Source: Octopus bimaculoides
Lineage: Eukaryota
Direction of reading: 5' to 3'
NCBI RefSeq assembly: GCF_001194135.2
Contig: NC_068990.1
Location: 76,904,350-76,940,697, forward strand
Length of the DNA stretch: 36,348 nt
In this document: positions 11,566 to 23,871 of the stretch, piece by piece
Layout of the letters: each line of letters begins with the position of its first letter
Position numbering within the stretch: position 1 is the stretch's first letter
The notes under the pieces: generated by a model
What the model was told of the DNA's origin: nothing
Database searches by the model: none
What the model saw: the letters and a program-made list of their open reading frames with translations, nothing else
Made by a program: the position numbers and the translations under genes

Positions 11566-13981
11566 CTGAAAATAAAAGAAACAACAGAATATTACAGATT
11601 TATTTAATCAAATATTTAGTTATTGGTAAATGTTTGTTTAGCAAATACCTACTTAATATAGTTAAAGTTAAGTGCAAGTAGATTGTTAAGCAGCTCTTAT
11701 CTTAATAAACAGTCCTTAATACGGTCAGGTTCTGTTACACTGTGTAACACGATTTTTGTCCTTGGATAATAACTGTTATTTCCTATTTGCTTACCCCTAA
11801 AATGTATGAAAAAATGGCTATTTCTTTCAAACTTTGCTTTTGTTACGTTTATTCTAACCCCAAAGACTCTCTTTCAACAAATGGCTGTGATGCTCTACCA
11901 CTACTCCTGCTCATGATCAGAGATGCTCATATTGTCAACCACTTAGGGACATGCTGAAGTGGTTAGGGTTAAGCAACAGTGATATTGAGCAGTATATTTG
12001 CTTTCATGATATTTCTGATTCAGCAATTCAGCAATGAGTCTGTCTGAAATGTAATGGGAAATAAGTCATTTAAAAAATTATCGGTCGCCGTTGTGTAGAG
12101 AACTTTCCATGGACGCTATGTTGCAGCAAATTTGGCGCATGAACAAAACACATACACTATGTGCAATCGATGATCTATCTATCTATCTATCTATCGTCTG
12201 TCTGTCTGTCTATCTATCTATTTATCTCTCTCTCTGTCTCTCTCTCTTTATATNNNNNNNNNNNNNNNNNNNNNNNNNNNNNNNNNNNNNNNNNNNNNNN
12301 NNNNNNNNNNNNNNNNNNNNNNNNNNNNNNNNNNNNNNNNNNNNNNNNNNNNNNNNNNNNNNNNNNNNNNNNNNNNNNNNNNNNNNNNNNNNNNNNNNNN
12401 NNNNNNNNNNNNNNNNNNNNNNNNNNNNNNNNNNNNNNNNNNNNNNNNNNNNNNNNNNNNNNNNNNNNNNNNNNNNNNNNNNNNNNNNNNNNNNNNNNNN
12501 NNNNNNNNNNNNNNNNNNNNNNNNNNNNNNNNNNNNNNNNNNNNNNNNNNNNNNNNNNNNNNNNNNNNNNNNNNNNNNNNNNNNNNNNNNNNNNNNNNNN
12601 NNNNNNNNNNNNNNNNNNNNNNNNNNNNNNNNNNNNNNNNNNNNNNNNNNNNNNNNNNNNNNNNNNNNNNNNNNNNNNNNNNNNNNNNNNNNNNNNNNNN
12701 NNNNNNNNNNNNNNNNNNNNNNNNNNNNNNNNNNNNNNNNNNNNNNNNNNNNNNNNNNNNNNNNNNNNNNNNNNNNNNNNNNNNNNNNNNNNNNNNNNNN
12801 NNNNNNNNNNNNNNNNNNNNNNNNNNNNNNNNNNNNNNNNNNNNNNNNNNNNNNNNNNNNNNNNNNNNNNNNNNNNNNNNNNNNNNNNNNNNNNNNNNNN
12901 NNNNNNNNNNNNNNNNNNNNNNNNNNNNNNNNNNNNNNNNNNNNNNNNNNNNNNNNNNNNNNNNNNNNNNNAAATCCAATTTAAGATAAGAGTATCTTAT
13001 TATTATCTCCCCTTAAATTCAACCTCTCATGAAATTAGTCTTAACAAATTTTTTTTAGAGTAGTGTATTTTATTCCCATAATACTTAGCACAGGACAGAA
13101 GGTGCAGCCATTTGTACAGGTTAAAGAAGGAGTAAATATGCAGATAAGTATTCTCCCTTTGTTAACTGTGGTAAATAGTTTCATTTACTAGTTTTATTCA
13201 AGAAATGTATAACATATATAGAGGTTTTTTACTGTTTAAATATTATTAACTTACGTTTGACATAATAATAGTAATATATACTTGTATTTATAGGGGTAAA
13301 TTTAACAATAAATTATTAATTCCCGTAAAGTTTATATAGATAGGCGGTTTAATTTGACGTGCTTATAAAAAAAAGTCGAAGAGGGTTTCTTTAATGTTTA
13401 GCACTTTATATATATATCACCATTGTATTTTTAAGTGTTTAATTTTAATAAATTTTTATGAATTTTTAAAATTTTATAATTATCTAATTTTTAAAATCTT
13501 TTAAAATTTTGTAAAAATATATTAGGAAGTTATATATATATATTTATTTTTATTCTTATTTTTAATGAAGATATCTTAGAATTTGTAGGATTAAGTTGGA
13601 TCCGTTAATAATAATAATAAAGAGAAAATAGCCTGAAGACGCACTGGCGGATTTATGCATTAGGTATAGCCTAGTAAAACAAACCACCAGGACAGAAACA
13701 CGTGTAGTGTTGATTAATATTATCTTCTTTCCCCACAAACTAATAGCAGGTAAGGTATATATTTATATTTTTTTAAAAATATGTTTGAATAATTTATAAT
13801 TAATTCTAATGTACTTTATTCTTATTGTATGTTACAGTAGGCTTTAAAATGCTTACATTATTAGATTAGTATTTTGGATATAACTTTCTATGTGTACTCC
13901 AGAAAATAAGGTTGTCTTGAAATTGAAGTTGTGGTCCTATTGGTAAAATCCCAAATTTGTAATAATAATAATAATAATAAT

Positions 13982-14016
<35 letters not shown>

Positions 14017-14098
14017 AGTGTCTGTGTGGTAAGAAGCTTGCTTCCCAACCACGTGATTCTGGGTTCAGTCCCACTGCGTGGCACCTTGNNNNNNNNNN

Positions 14099-14137
<39 letters not shown>

Positions 14138-15254
14138 CGGAGGTGTACTTGCAAGGCAGGTAATTTTATCTGTATGTTAACACTAAGCCAATTTTTGCGT
14201 GGAATGCACATATGAACCATTCGAAAACATAAAGACTTACATAAAACATTTATCATTTATTTTTTTGGGTCAATATTTTCCTCAAACGAACTGCGACCTG
14301 GTCACTGACATGATTACACCAAATGATAAATAATAAGTTTTTAAGTGAAGCTAACAGTTTTTATCTTTTAGAACGGCTGTCTTATATGCTGCATTGTCAT
14401 AATATGTTCATATATATGCTCTCTTTATCTTTTTGTTTTTATATATTTACATATACACACGCTAATACACGACTTATAATACCCAATCCTGTTCATACAA
14501 CGACTGGGGCAAACTAATCGGTATACAGCACTTNNNNNNNNNNTCATACAACGACTGGGGCAAACTAATCGGTATACAGCACTTACTCGGTATTACCTGT
14601 ATCCTCCTGGGTTTGGTTAAATCCAATACCCTCCTCAACCTTATATATATATATATATATATATGTTTATCAAGTCCTTGATGGCGTTAAGATATTTCAT
14701 TAAGGACGCACCCATTTATCATTTTTTTAGGCAAGCTTTGAAAAACTTTGAGAACTTTGTGTTTTTTACATTAGAGATAAGTAGATTCTAAGGCAAATTG
14801 TGTTGTTCTATCTGGGGCCAGAAAAATATCAACCTCTGGTAGCTTCAGCGCATTTGTCTATGTCTTAATTAGTATATACAGTTTGTGAGGATGCTGAAAA
14901 TATGCCTACTTTTCATTTCTGTTCTAACGCTGTGTTGTGATTCTATGAATTTATTAAATGTTACCAAATCTTGAAATGCTATCATACACACTAGACCAAC
15001 CAGTTTTATTTAAAGTTTAATCGCATACTTATTGGTCGATACCAGTTTAAAAGTAAAGTTGATTTTAATCTTTACGTAGCGCGAGAAAGTTAGATTTATG
15101 TTTCATCAATATACTTATGTTTCAACAGATGTAAAATGGACCGTTACTATTAATTCATAAACAGATATTTAGCGAATGAATCTTGATTTCCGTTCTAACA
15201 GCAAGGGATAGAGTTAATATGAAAACTTTACGAAAATGCATATACATAATATTG

Positions 15255-15786
15255 AGTTCAAATTTTGGCACAAGGCCAGCAAGTTCGGCGGAGGAGTAAG
15301 TCGATTACATGAACTCTAGTATCTAACTGGTATTCAAAAGGTAAAATAATCCTTTCTACTATTGGCACAAGGCCTGGAATTTGTGGGGAGTGGGATGGTC
15401 AATTACATCGATCCTAGTACTTGACTGGCACTTCTTTTGTCGTCCCCGAAATGATGAAAGGCAAAGTCGACCTCGGCGGGATTTGAACTCAGATCATAAA
15501 GACGGACGAAATGCCGCTGGGCATTTTGTCCGGCGTGCTAACGATGCTGTCAGCACGCCGCCTTTGAAAAAAGTAAAATAATCCTTTCTACTATAGGAAC
15601 AACGCCTGGAATTTGTGGGGAGGGGGATAGTCGATCACATCGACCCCAATACTTGAATTTATCGACCCCGAAGGGATGAAAGGTAAAGTCGACCTCAGCG
15701 TTATTTGAACTCAGAACGTAAATATGGACGAAATGCCGCTAAGCATTTTGTCCGGCGAGCTAACGATTCTGACAGTTTGCCGCCTT
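15255..15786 (-). mobile_element. Three head-to-tail SINE family A copies
   Basis: Repeated aaaataatcctttctacta..ggcacaaggcctggaatttgtgggga...cggcgg.atttgaactcaga..gacg aaatgccgct..gcattttgtccggcg.gctaacgat at ~15340 and ~15575; partial copy at 15255. Confidence 0.85.
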
Positions 15787-16149
15787 ACACATGCATAATA
15801 ATAAAAGTAAATATTCCTGGATAATTGTCTCTACAAAACGCTGAAGTAGTATCTGAGAGCATATTGTATAACTGCAAACGCACCCGGAGTCTGTCTATAT
15901 CGATCTCCATATCCCTATAAACAAGTCTTCAACAGGGTATTTTGAGCGAAGAATGCACTGTAAAGGTGCTTTATTACCAACACAGTTCAACAAATAGCTT
16001 TCATTTATATGGTTTAGTTGAAGCGTTTGACCTGTTATACTCGTACCATGCGGGATATATATATATATATATATATTCAGTGCTATGTTGAAGGCAAGCA
16101 TTCAGAATGTATTTTAAAGAACACTACAATAATAATTTGTTGTTGTTGT

Positions 16150-16525
16150 TGTTGTTGGCACTCCGTCGCTTACGACGTCGAGGGTTCCGATCAACGGAAC
16201 AGCCTGCTCGTGAAATTAACGTGCAAGTGGCTGAGCACTCCACAGACACGTGTACCCTTAACTTAGTTCTCGGGGATATTCAGCGTGACACAGTGTGACA
16301 AGGCTGACCCTTTGAATTACAGGCACAACAGAAAACAGGAAGTAAGAGTGAGAGAAAGTTGTGGTGAAAGAGTACAGCAGGGTTCGCCACCATCCCCTGC
16401 CGGAGCCTCGTGGAGCTTTAGGTGTTTTCGCTCAATAAACACTCACAACGCTCGGTCTGGGAATCGAAACCGCGATCATATGACCACGAGTCCGCTGCCC
16501 TAACCACTGGGCCATTGCGCCTCCA
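16150..16525 (-). mobile_element. tRNA-derived SINE family C
   Basis: Minus-strand head ggaggcgcaatggcccagtggttagggcagcggactc..ggtttcgattccc (A/B boxes); 3' domain shared with 35560-35880. Confidence 0.85.
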
Positions 16526-16562
16526 CACAATAATAACAAATAAAAAGTATTTAACAACTTAC

Positions 16563-16713
16563 CGAAAGGCATATTGCAGATTTTTAAAAACAAGTTGTCC
16601 ACAATGAGGTTTCTCTGCGGTATCGGTGAAATTTTTAGTTTTAGAGTCCTTACTTTTGTACCATCAGGCGTGCTGAACAAGATGTTTTCCTGTCCTTGAA
16701 TCCCCTTTTTCAC
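16563..16713 (-). CDS. Exon: C-terminal part of the discoidin-like domain (151 nt, phase 0-1)
   Basis: ctgctttaag|GTG AAA ... CCT TTC G|gtaagtt; VKKGIQGQENILFSTPDGTKVRTLKLKISPIPQRNLIVDNLFLKICNMPF; phase matches the preceding exon; terminal Cys could pair with the N-terminal PC. Confidence 0.88.
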
Positions 16714-16939
16714 CTTAAAGCAGAACAGTACACACAGTTATTGATTTCCAGGTTATATAAAAAAAAACAAACAATATTTACGTCCATTTAAAAAAAAATT
16801 CCCACCGATGCGTATTGTTTAATCCAAGGCCAACAATCATTATTCAGTTTAATTTAACTAGCGAATTACTAATATTAAGAAAACTACACATAATAAAATT
16901 ATAAAAATGACCTGAGCGCAAGGGTTTCTAGAATAGGAA

Positions 16940-17350
16940 AATGGCCTTAAACTTTAGGGAAGGAGACTAGTCAATTACATTGATTTCAATGTGAAAGTGG
17001 AATTTATTTTACAGATCCCGAAAGGATGAAAGACAAAGCGAACTTCGGCGGAATTTGAACTCACAATGGAAAGGCGGGCGAAATGCCGCTAGGTAGTTTG
17101 TCCAGCGTGCTAACGATTCACCCAGCTCACCATCTTTACAAGGATGTGTAATATAGGTTAAACACCTGAAATTTGGGATAGGTGGGGGCGTTGGGTTAGT
17201 CTATTACCTCGACCTTCAGTACTTGATTGATATTTTTTTATTTCATCGACTTCGAAAACACGAAAGACAAAGTCAACTTCGGCGGAATTTGAACTCAGAA
17301 TGTAGGGTCAGAAGAAATGTCACTAACAATTCTGCCAGCTCGCTGCCTTA
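16940..17350 (-). mobile_element. Two SINE family A copies
   Basis: aaagacaaag.c.aacttcggcggaatttgaactca core at ~17030 and ~17265. Confidence 0.8.
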
Positions 17351-17469
17351 ACAACAACAACAACAAGAAGAACAGCAGCAGCAACAAGAACAACAACAAC
17401 AACAATGTAATTTTATAATTAGCCACTAGTACTAGAATACGTACAAAAATATGAAACTTTCAATAGGAA

Positions 17470-18260
17470 GCGAATGAGAAGTCGACACATACTAAAACAA
17501 TTTCCTGCCACCCAGCCATACTATTCAGGGACCTATTGAAGGTTGGCAACCAAAAACTCTCCAGCCTGTCTTCAAGTAAAGAGAATTTCGATGCGGCTGA
17601 CATAGCACCACAATGAAGCTCTGGCTGCCAGCGGTTATAAAGATTATATAGGTTACATGCCTGACTCTAATCCCATCAAGGGGAAACGCCATCAGAAATT
17701 GTTGTGGTTCACACTCTTTCAGCGGAAGCGTAAAACTTGAGTAGGTTACATGTTCCTTAGCTTAGTGAATAATCATTTTTCCCGCACGAATAGGTTCCGC
17801 AAAATATTTAACACTTTAAGAGTTTCTATTAGTTGTGTACTCAATATAAAGGAAAATATCAGTAGGTAATCCCACGTCTGAGACAAAGACAGAATGCTCA
17901 TACAGAGACAACACCACATGTCTCCTTAAGGCCACTACAACAAAAGAAAGTCGAGTTTGAGGCAGACGTGGTGTGAAAGGAGGACCCCTGCGAGTAGTCA
18001 AATGTGCGAGGGTATGTGTGCGCGACGGAAGATCCTTTCAAGAGCAGATTTAGCAACCATATATTCTCTTTTATATCCAAGAGAGACACAATGTTACAGT
18101 CTTGGCCAGTCGTTGACGGAAAGCGCCATGGATTACAACATCAAGTGGAGAGTCCAGGAGAAGCACAAACCTCACTTTAACAGCAATAGAATGTATAAGT
18201 TATGCTCGACGGAGAAAAGAAATAAGTTTATAGCTCACATTTGGTTAACAATGACAACAA
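17470..18260 (+). mobile_element. Decayed Penelope-like element (RT C-terminus to GIY-YIG region)
   Basis: Frameshifted peptides LSSSKENFDAA, NEALAASGYK, KRHQKLLWF, HFP..NRFRKIFN.LRVSIS, DYNIKWRV..KLCSTEK resemble PLE C-terminal motifs. Confidence 0.72.
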
Positions 18261-18353
18261 CGACAACGATGAAAACAAAACAAAAACAATTATAAGAATA
18301 ACAAAAATATTAGATATTATGCAAGCGTTGGAGACAGGAAAAAGTTATCTTAC

Positions 18354-18616
18354 CTTTGTATCAACCACTATATCATTTTCTTTGACATAATCCAATTGAA
18401 AGCTGAGGGCGTTGTCTAAAACGAAACCTATTCCTAAAACTGTTACGTCATATTTTGTTTGGAAACTAATTTCTAACCATGAATTCGGTTCGCTCTTAGC
18501 GACCCAGTTCTTGTACGATCCTTTTAAAACATCGCGTGGCGGGGTAATAGAACTTGAAGTTGTAATTAATACTTCAGCTGAATTGTAATCGAGTGTTATC
18601 GCATCACACGGCGCAC
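18354..18616 (-). CDS. Exon: N-terminal part of a divergent discoidin/F5-8 type C (galactose-binding-like) domain (263 nt, phase 1-0)
   Basis: tctttgctatacag|GT GCG CCG TGT ... ACA AAG|gtaagat; stop-free APCDAITLDYNSAEVLITTSSSITPPRDVLKGSYKNWVAKSEPNSWLEISFQTKYDVTVLGIGFVLDNALSFQLDYVKENDIVVDTK. W..SEPNSWLEISF..VTVLGI..SFQLDY resembles the F5/8C pattern W..WLQVDL..VTGV..SF.L.Y. Absent from the ORF track. Confidence 0.88.
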
Positions 18617-18687
18617 CTGTATAGCAAAGAGATTGAGTAGAAAAAAAATGTAATATAATTTTATCTAACTGTAATATAATTTTAACA

Positions 18688-19145
18688 GGCGCAAGCGTAG
18701 CTATTGTGATAAGAAGTTTACTTCTAAATCACAACGTCCCAGGTTCAGTCCCACTGTGAGACACATCAGGTAAGTGTTTCCACAGCAGCTAAGGTGGGAA
18801 CCAAAGCCCAGTGAGTAGATTTGGTAGACAGAAACTGATAGAAGTTCGTCGTATATGTATATGTACAAATACGCACACACACACACACACACATGTATAT
18901 ATATGAATGTGTGTGTGAGTGTGTGTATGTTTGTATTTGTCCCTCATCACCGCTTGGCAACCAGCGTTGGTGTGTTAACGTCCCCGTAACGTACCAGTTC
19001 GGCAACAGAGGCCGATACCATAAGTACCAGACTTTAAGAAAAAGTAAGTATTGGGGTCGATTCGTTCGATTAAAAAACACTGAAAGATGGTACTCCAGTA
19101 TGATCGCAGTCTAATGACTGAAACAAGTAATAGATAAAAGATAAA
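18688..19145 (+). mobile_element. tRNA-derived SINE family B with internal microsatellite (partial head also at 14013-14088)
   Basis: Head gcgtagctattgtgataagaag..ggttcagtcccact; 3' end gactgaaacaagtaatagataaaagataaaag. Confidence 0.8.
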
Positions 19146-19594
19146 AGAGTTATATTGAATAAATAAATTCCCAAATGTATTTGTATCCAAATTTTATCGT
19201 TCGCATTTCCCAAGCATGCAGGAGCCTCACTTATGACACGTAGTTCTCTATCATTTTGTGTCATAATCTATCCCCCACGGTTCCATATGCTATACCGTAA
19301 TTTATTGCCCGTGGTTAACTAAAACATTATATCATGATCTTCCACCTGCTGTTTCTTTGTTTTTTGAAGTTAGGGGGGAAAAAAAAAAAAATCAAACCGC
19401 ATGGAAGACAACCTAAGATCTGCGGCTTTCAGAATCATGAAGACATGAGGTTACCTCTCGCAATAGCAGCAAAAAGACGTATAAACGATGGGAGTTACGG
19501 TGTCCGGCTGGCAGGAATGAAGAGCTGAGTAAATGAGAATGTGTGTGTGGGTATGTTTCTGTGTGGTGCATGTGTGTGTGCGCGCATTTGTGTA

Positions 19595-19633
<39 letters not shown>

Positions 19634-19645
19634 ATAAAATCTTAC

Positions 19646-19675
19646 CTGTTGTAGATGGTATGGTTGTTTTAGGAG
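19646..19675 (-). CDS. Thr-rich micro-exon A (30 nt, phase 1-1): PKTTIPSTT
   Basis: tatatttttcag|CT CCT AAA ... ACA ACA G|gtaagattt. Confidence 0.85.
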
Positions 19676-20164
19676 CTGAAAAATATAATGATAATATGTT
19701 TATTCATAATAAAGATTTCATGACGAGAAGGTTAGAAACGACTGTCGGAGATTGGGATAATGTCCGCATCTAAAATGGAGACTGAAATAATTTCTATCAC
19801 TCTTTCCAGGGTCGTTAAAATCTTAGGGTAGGAAAAAATTCCTTCTTTGTAGAATTCTCTCAATATTTATAACAATTAACAATCTTTAATAAATAGACTA
19901 TAATGGCTGAGAGGAATAAAAGCGGAACCACGAAGCTTTACGTGCTCTTGAGGAATGTGGAAGGAAATGTACGGGAAACCGTGAAATTTGAATGTTTGAA
20001 ACAGAAAGGACTTTTGTAAAGAGGCCATAGGCTAGATTATGGTGATAAAATAGGGAACTGATTAAATTTACCATCCCCATGGTAAAACTCATCTGATATC
20101 AAATGTACTTGTATAGAAAAAATGTAGACATGTGACCACGAATATAGCAGTCTTGTAGAATATA

Positions 20165-20345
20165 GGTTTAAGATTAATCCTTTCTACAGTAAGCATCGAC
20201 CAATGCTCAGCTGGTACTTAATTAATCGACTATGAAATTATGAATTTCAAAGTCAATCTCGGTGGAATTTGAACTGCGCACGTAAAGACAGGCAAAACGT
20301 CGCTAAGTATTCTGTTTGGCGTGCCCACGATTCTGCTATCTGACC
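20165..20345 (-). mobile_element. SINE family A copy inserted in unit A
   Basis: aaagtcaatctcggtggaatttgaact..cgtaaagac..ggcgtgcccacgattctgc. Confidence 0.75.
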
Positions 20346-21793
20346 GATATGTTGTGTTGTAATTAATAAAGCAGCGATTTACACGAAAGCATTCCATGCT
20401 CATTTATGTGCTTACTCGAGCTAACAAGACAAATGTAACCAAAACCGGTGATACAATGATGTCTGTGGTTTCTGAGCATGTCTTATTCATGAGATGAGTG
20501 CAGTGTTCACATGCAGCAGTACATATGTAGTAAAACACAGGTGCATATATGAAATATATGAAATATTCTAATTATATTCTATTTATATGATTTATAAGCA
20601 CAATATTTAAAACAACTGCAATAAAAGAATATAGCTAGTTGTGAGATCTAGTGAAATCTAGCTAGGATTTCATGACAAGAAGGCGAGAAGCGATTAAAGG
20701 AAATTGGTTATTTCTCTTAATCTGAAGTGGTGTATGAATGGTTTCTATTACTCATTCCAGGGCCGTGAATAATTTAGCTTGCGAGAATACTCTTTCATTG
20801 CGCAATATTATCACTACTTATAAAAACGAACAGTGTTAAAGAAATAGATTCTAATGGTTTAATTTGGGGACTAAAAGTAGAACTACAACTGTTTTCGGTA
20901 TTTTCGAGATATAGGGAAAAGAACTATCCAGCAGACTGGTGACATAGTAATTCGAATATTTGTAACAAAGGAGATTCTGCTAAACAGACCACAAGCTAGA
21001 TTGCGTTGGTAAAATAGGGAGCCGATTAAATTTACTATTGCCATAAACTAGATGGTTTCTCCGAAGAATATTCGCGAATTTTCATTTCTGAAATTTCAAT
21101 CATAAATCTTTGGTCGACCTGAGGTTTTGATAGGCAACAATAGAGGATAATGAAACAGAGTGGAATTGAGCCAGAAATCAAGCTATGAAGCGAACTTTTT
21201 AGACATACATCCTACACGCACCCTTATTTACACACAGTGGGTGCATGACTGACCATTAGAAATGATATGAAACGTACCATCAATATATTGGACGCTTATC
21301 CGTCGCTAAGTATGGAAAATCTTAAAAGGTATTTCCTGAGAAGAATTAGACAGAGCTGATGTTAAACCCCAAGTATAATGTTTCCCCTTTAATGGAAAAT
21401 CACCAGACTTTACAAGTTACAATATAGAAATACTTGTAAATATATATCCACGAATGAAACAACCTTGTAAAATATAGAGTTATAATTAATAAAACACTGA
21501 TGTACAACAAAGTACTCCATCTTCATTGGTGTCCGGACTTGACATAACAAGATGGATGTAAAGAAAACGAGATGCTCAATGGTGTCTGTGCTTTCAGTGT
21601 CTTATTCATAAAATGAATGCAGTGTTTATATAGTGTAGTATATTTTTACTAAAATACATATATGACAGTGAATTGCGTTGCATATGTATTTAAATATGAC
21701 AGATAAGTACAATATTTCAAACGTCTGTAACTATAATATTTGTGTGAGATGTGTACATGAATATGCGTTTGTATCTGAGCAAAGAATGTTTAC

Positions 21794-21859
21794 ATGTCTG
21801 TTTTTTCGTTGTTGCGAATGTCGTCGTTGTTGTGGGCGTTGGTGTAACAAAATCAGGGT
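21794..21859 (-). pseudogene. Micro-exon C (66 nt, PDFVTPTPTTTTTFATTKKQT) with acceptor CAA instead of CAG; donor GTAAAC retained
   Basis: ttattttgcaa|AC CCT GAT ... CAG ACA T|gtaaac versus sister G atattttgcag|TC CCT GAA; open frame, 22 codons; no AG in the 60 nt upstream. Confidence 0.7.
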
Positions 21860-22409
21860 TTGCAAAATAAAATACAAGGATAATGCGTTGATGTGTAATA
21901 ATTCAGTGGTTGAGTGGTTTCATAAACGTTTGTTATTCCTATTGTACAATGTAGACTGTTGAAATTATAGTTTTAATCTCAGTCAACACGTGTAGGCAAT
22001 AAGAACGAGCTCAAGTCTTCTATGTTGACAAGACTACACACGACTGATGAAGATTGGGCGGATATCCTAATCTGAAGCAGTGTCTGAAATGTCATCCATC
22101 ACTCTTTTTTGGGTGTGAAGGATTTAGTTTATAAAAACACTCGTTCATTATACAATACGCCCACTGCTCATAACAAGGGTCAGTGTTTGAAAAATAGATT
22201 GTAATGTCTTGTATGAATGAATAAGAGCAAGAACAAGAATTCTGTTTGGGTACTTCAGGAGATGGAAAAAGAACTTATTCATAGATGGGTGACTTGTTAA
22301 TTGGAATGTTTGCAAGAAAGACAATTCTTCTGAAGATTTCATCGACTTCAAGTGATAAAAATTGACCTGAAAACAGGGGCCATATCAAATTTGACATTTC
22401 GATTGATTG

Positions 22410-22593
22410 GGTGGTGTTTGCATGTGTAGCTGTGCGTGTGTGGGTTTGTGTGTGTTTGTATATGCGTGTTCGTGTGTCTTTGTATGTGTTTCGGCGTGCC
22501 TATGTGTTTGTGTGTGTGTGTGTATGTGTGCGTGCGTGTTTCGGCATGCGTATGTGTTTGTGTGTGTGTGTTCGTGTGTGTGTATGTGCGTTC

Positions 22594-22660
<67 letters not shown>
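22410..22660. repeat. Compound (GT)n/(GA)n microsatellite; other long tracts at 5090-5168, 8295-8340, 8435-8525, 9205-9258 (ATT), 19600-19630, 24530-24574, 25933-25980, 36305-36348
   Basis: Directly visible. Confidence 0.98.
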
Positions 22661-22664
<4 letters not shown>

Positions 22665-22682
22665 TGAAAGAAGTAAACTTAC

Positions 22683-22715
22683 ATGGTGTACGTGTTTCAG
22701 TAGTAGATTCAGGTC
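22683..22715 (-). CDS. Thr-rich micro-exon D (33 nt, phase 1-1): [10 protein letters not shown]
   Basis: tatatttttcag|GA CCT GAA ... ACA CCA T|gtaagttt; canonical sites in homologous unit position. Confidence 0.8.
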
Positions 22716-23352
22716 CTGAAAAATATAATAATATAACGTTTTTTTTTTGTAAATATTCAATGAATGAATGATTTCAGAAGCGTTATTCACAATTCACATT
22801 ATTATTGCTATTGTTGCTTGAATGCCATACTCATGGACCATTGTATTCGTGACATATGAGGGAGAAAAATAGTCATACACGGGAGACCTGGCAATTCGAA
22901 TGATTGTAACAAAGGGGATTCTACTAAATTTTCCATAGACTAGATTGAAGCATTAAACCAGGGCACAGATTAAATTTACCATTGCCTGAAGTGCTATGTT
23001 ACCTCCAATGACCGTCCTCGTAGTTTATTTTATGAAATTTCACTCACGAGTTAGTGGTCGACTCAAGTTCATCGTAGAAAGCAGTTGTCCATGTGGCGAT
23101 GCAGTGGAATTGAGTCGCAAAGTATGATATGAAGTGACATACGTAAAAGTACAGCCATACATTCGCCCTTATTTACATATAGAGTGATCGTGACAGACAA
23201 TACCTAATGGCATGAAAAATATCATTGATATTGGTTCTTGTTATTTGTCACTGTGTCTTCGAAATTCTCAAAGGATATTGATATGAAGAATAAAACACCG
23301 CTGACGCTAAAATCCAAGCATTATGTTTTCCCTCTAAAATAAAAATCATATA

Positions 23353-23399
23353 GCAGTACATGTTGCAGTACATGTTGCAGTACATGTTGCAGTACATGT
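23353..23399. repeat. 12-bp minisatellite (GCAGTACATGTT) x ~3.9
   Basis: gcagtacatgtt gcagtacatgtt gcagtacatgtt gcagtacatgt. Confidence 0.95.
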
Positions 23400-23796
23400 A
23401 TATGTATATATACTTACGCAATGTAAATATATAGCTACGCATCAAACAGCCTTTCAAAGCATAGTGCTGCAATAAATAAAAGCAGCATTATCAAACCACC
23501 CCATCTTCATTGGTATAATCAAAACTAGTGACACAACGATGTCGGTGGTTTCGGTAAATGTTTTATTCACGAATGCAATGCTAACATATGGTTGTACATT
23601 TTAACTACAATACATGTGCATGTATAACATATTCCACGAACTCTCTTACAAGAACTGCGATGCACATTACAAAATATGTTTTCTTAAATATGAAATATAT
23701 GTATAAAATTACAAATATCTGTGACAACTATAACTAAAGAATTAGTGTTAGTGTTAGGGTGTATGTATGCGTGTGTATGTGTAAAGAAAATCTTAC

Positions 23797-23871
23797 CTGT
23801 TGTAGTTGGTACGGAAGGAATAGTTGTTGCAGGGGAAGTAGTTGTTACAAGAGTAGTAGCTGTAGTTGTAA
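23797..23871 (-). CDS. Thr-rich exon E (75 nt, phase 1-1): TTTATTLVTTTSPATTIPSVPTTT
   Basis: gttatattttccag|TT ACA ... ACA ACA G|gtaagattt; lies within ORF 23684-23887. Confidence 0.9.

Noticed and set aside
13000-13900. Very AT-rich tract suggesting a NUMT
   Set aside because: No recognisable mitochondrial protein, rRNA or tRNA sequence.
14493-14584. Exact 41-bp direct repeat around a 10-N gap
   Set aside because: Typical contig-overlap assembly artefact.
15790-16040. Protein-like minus-strand frames (GQTLQLNH...PVEDLF; DMEIDIDRLRVRLQLYNML...)
   Set aside because: No acceptor/donor pair giving phase 1-1 without a stop; the model splices correctly without it; no recognisable domain.
16440-16525. 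tRNA-like sequence (also at 35560, 18690, 14013)
   Set aside because: A/B boxes continue into SINE bodies, with no complete cloverleaf; these are SINE heads, not tRNA genes.
19070-19330. ORF containing KIWIQIHLG, reminiscent of F5/8C WLQVDLG
   Set aside because: No usable splice sites around it; the real domain start was found at 18616.
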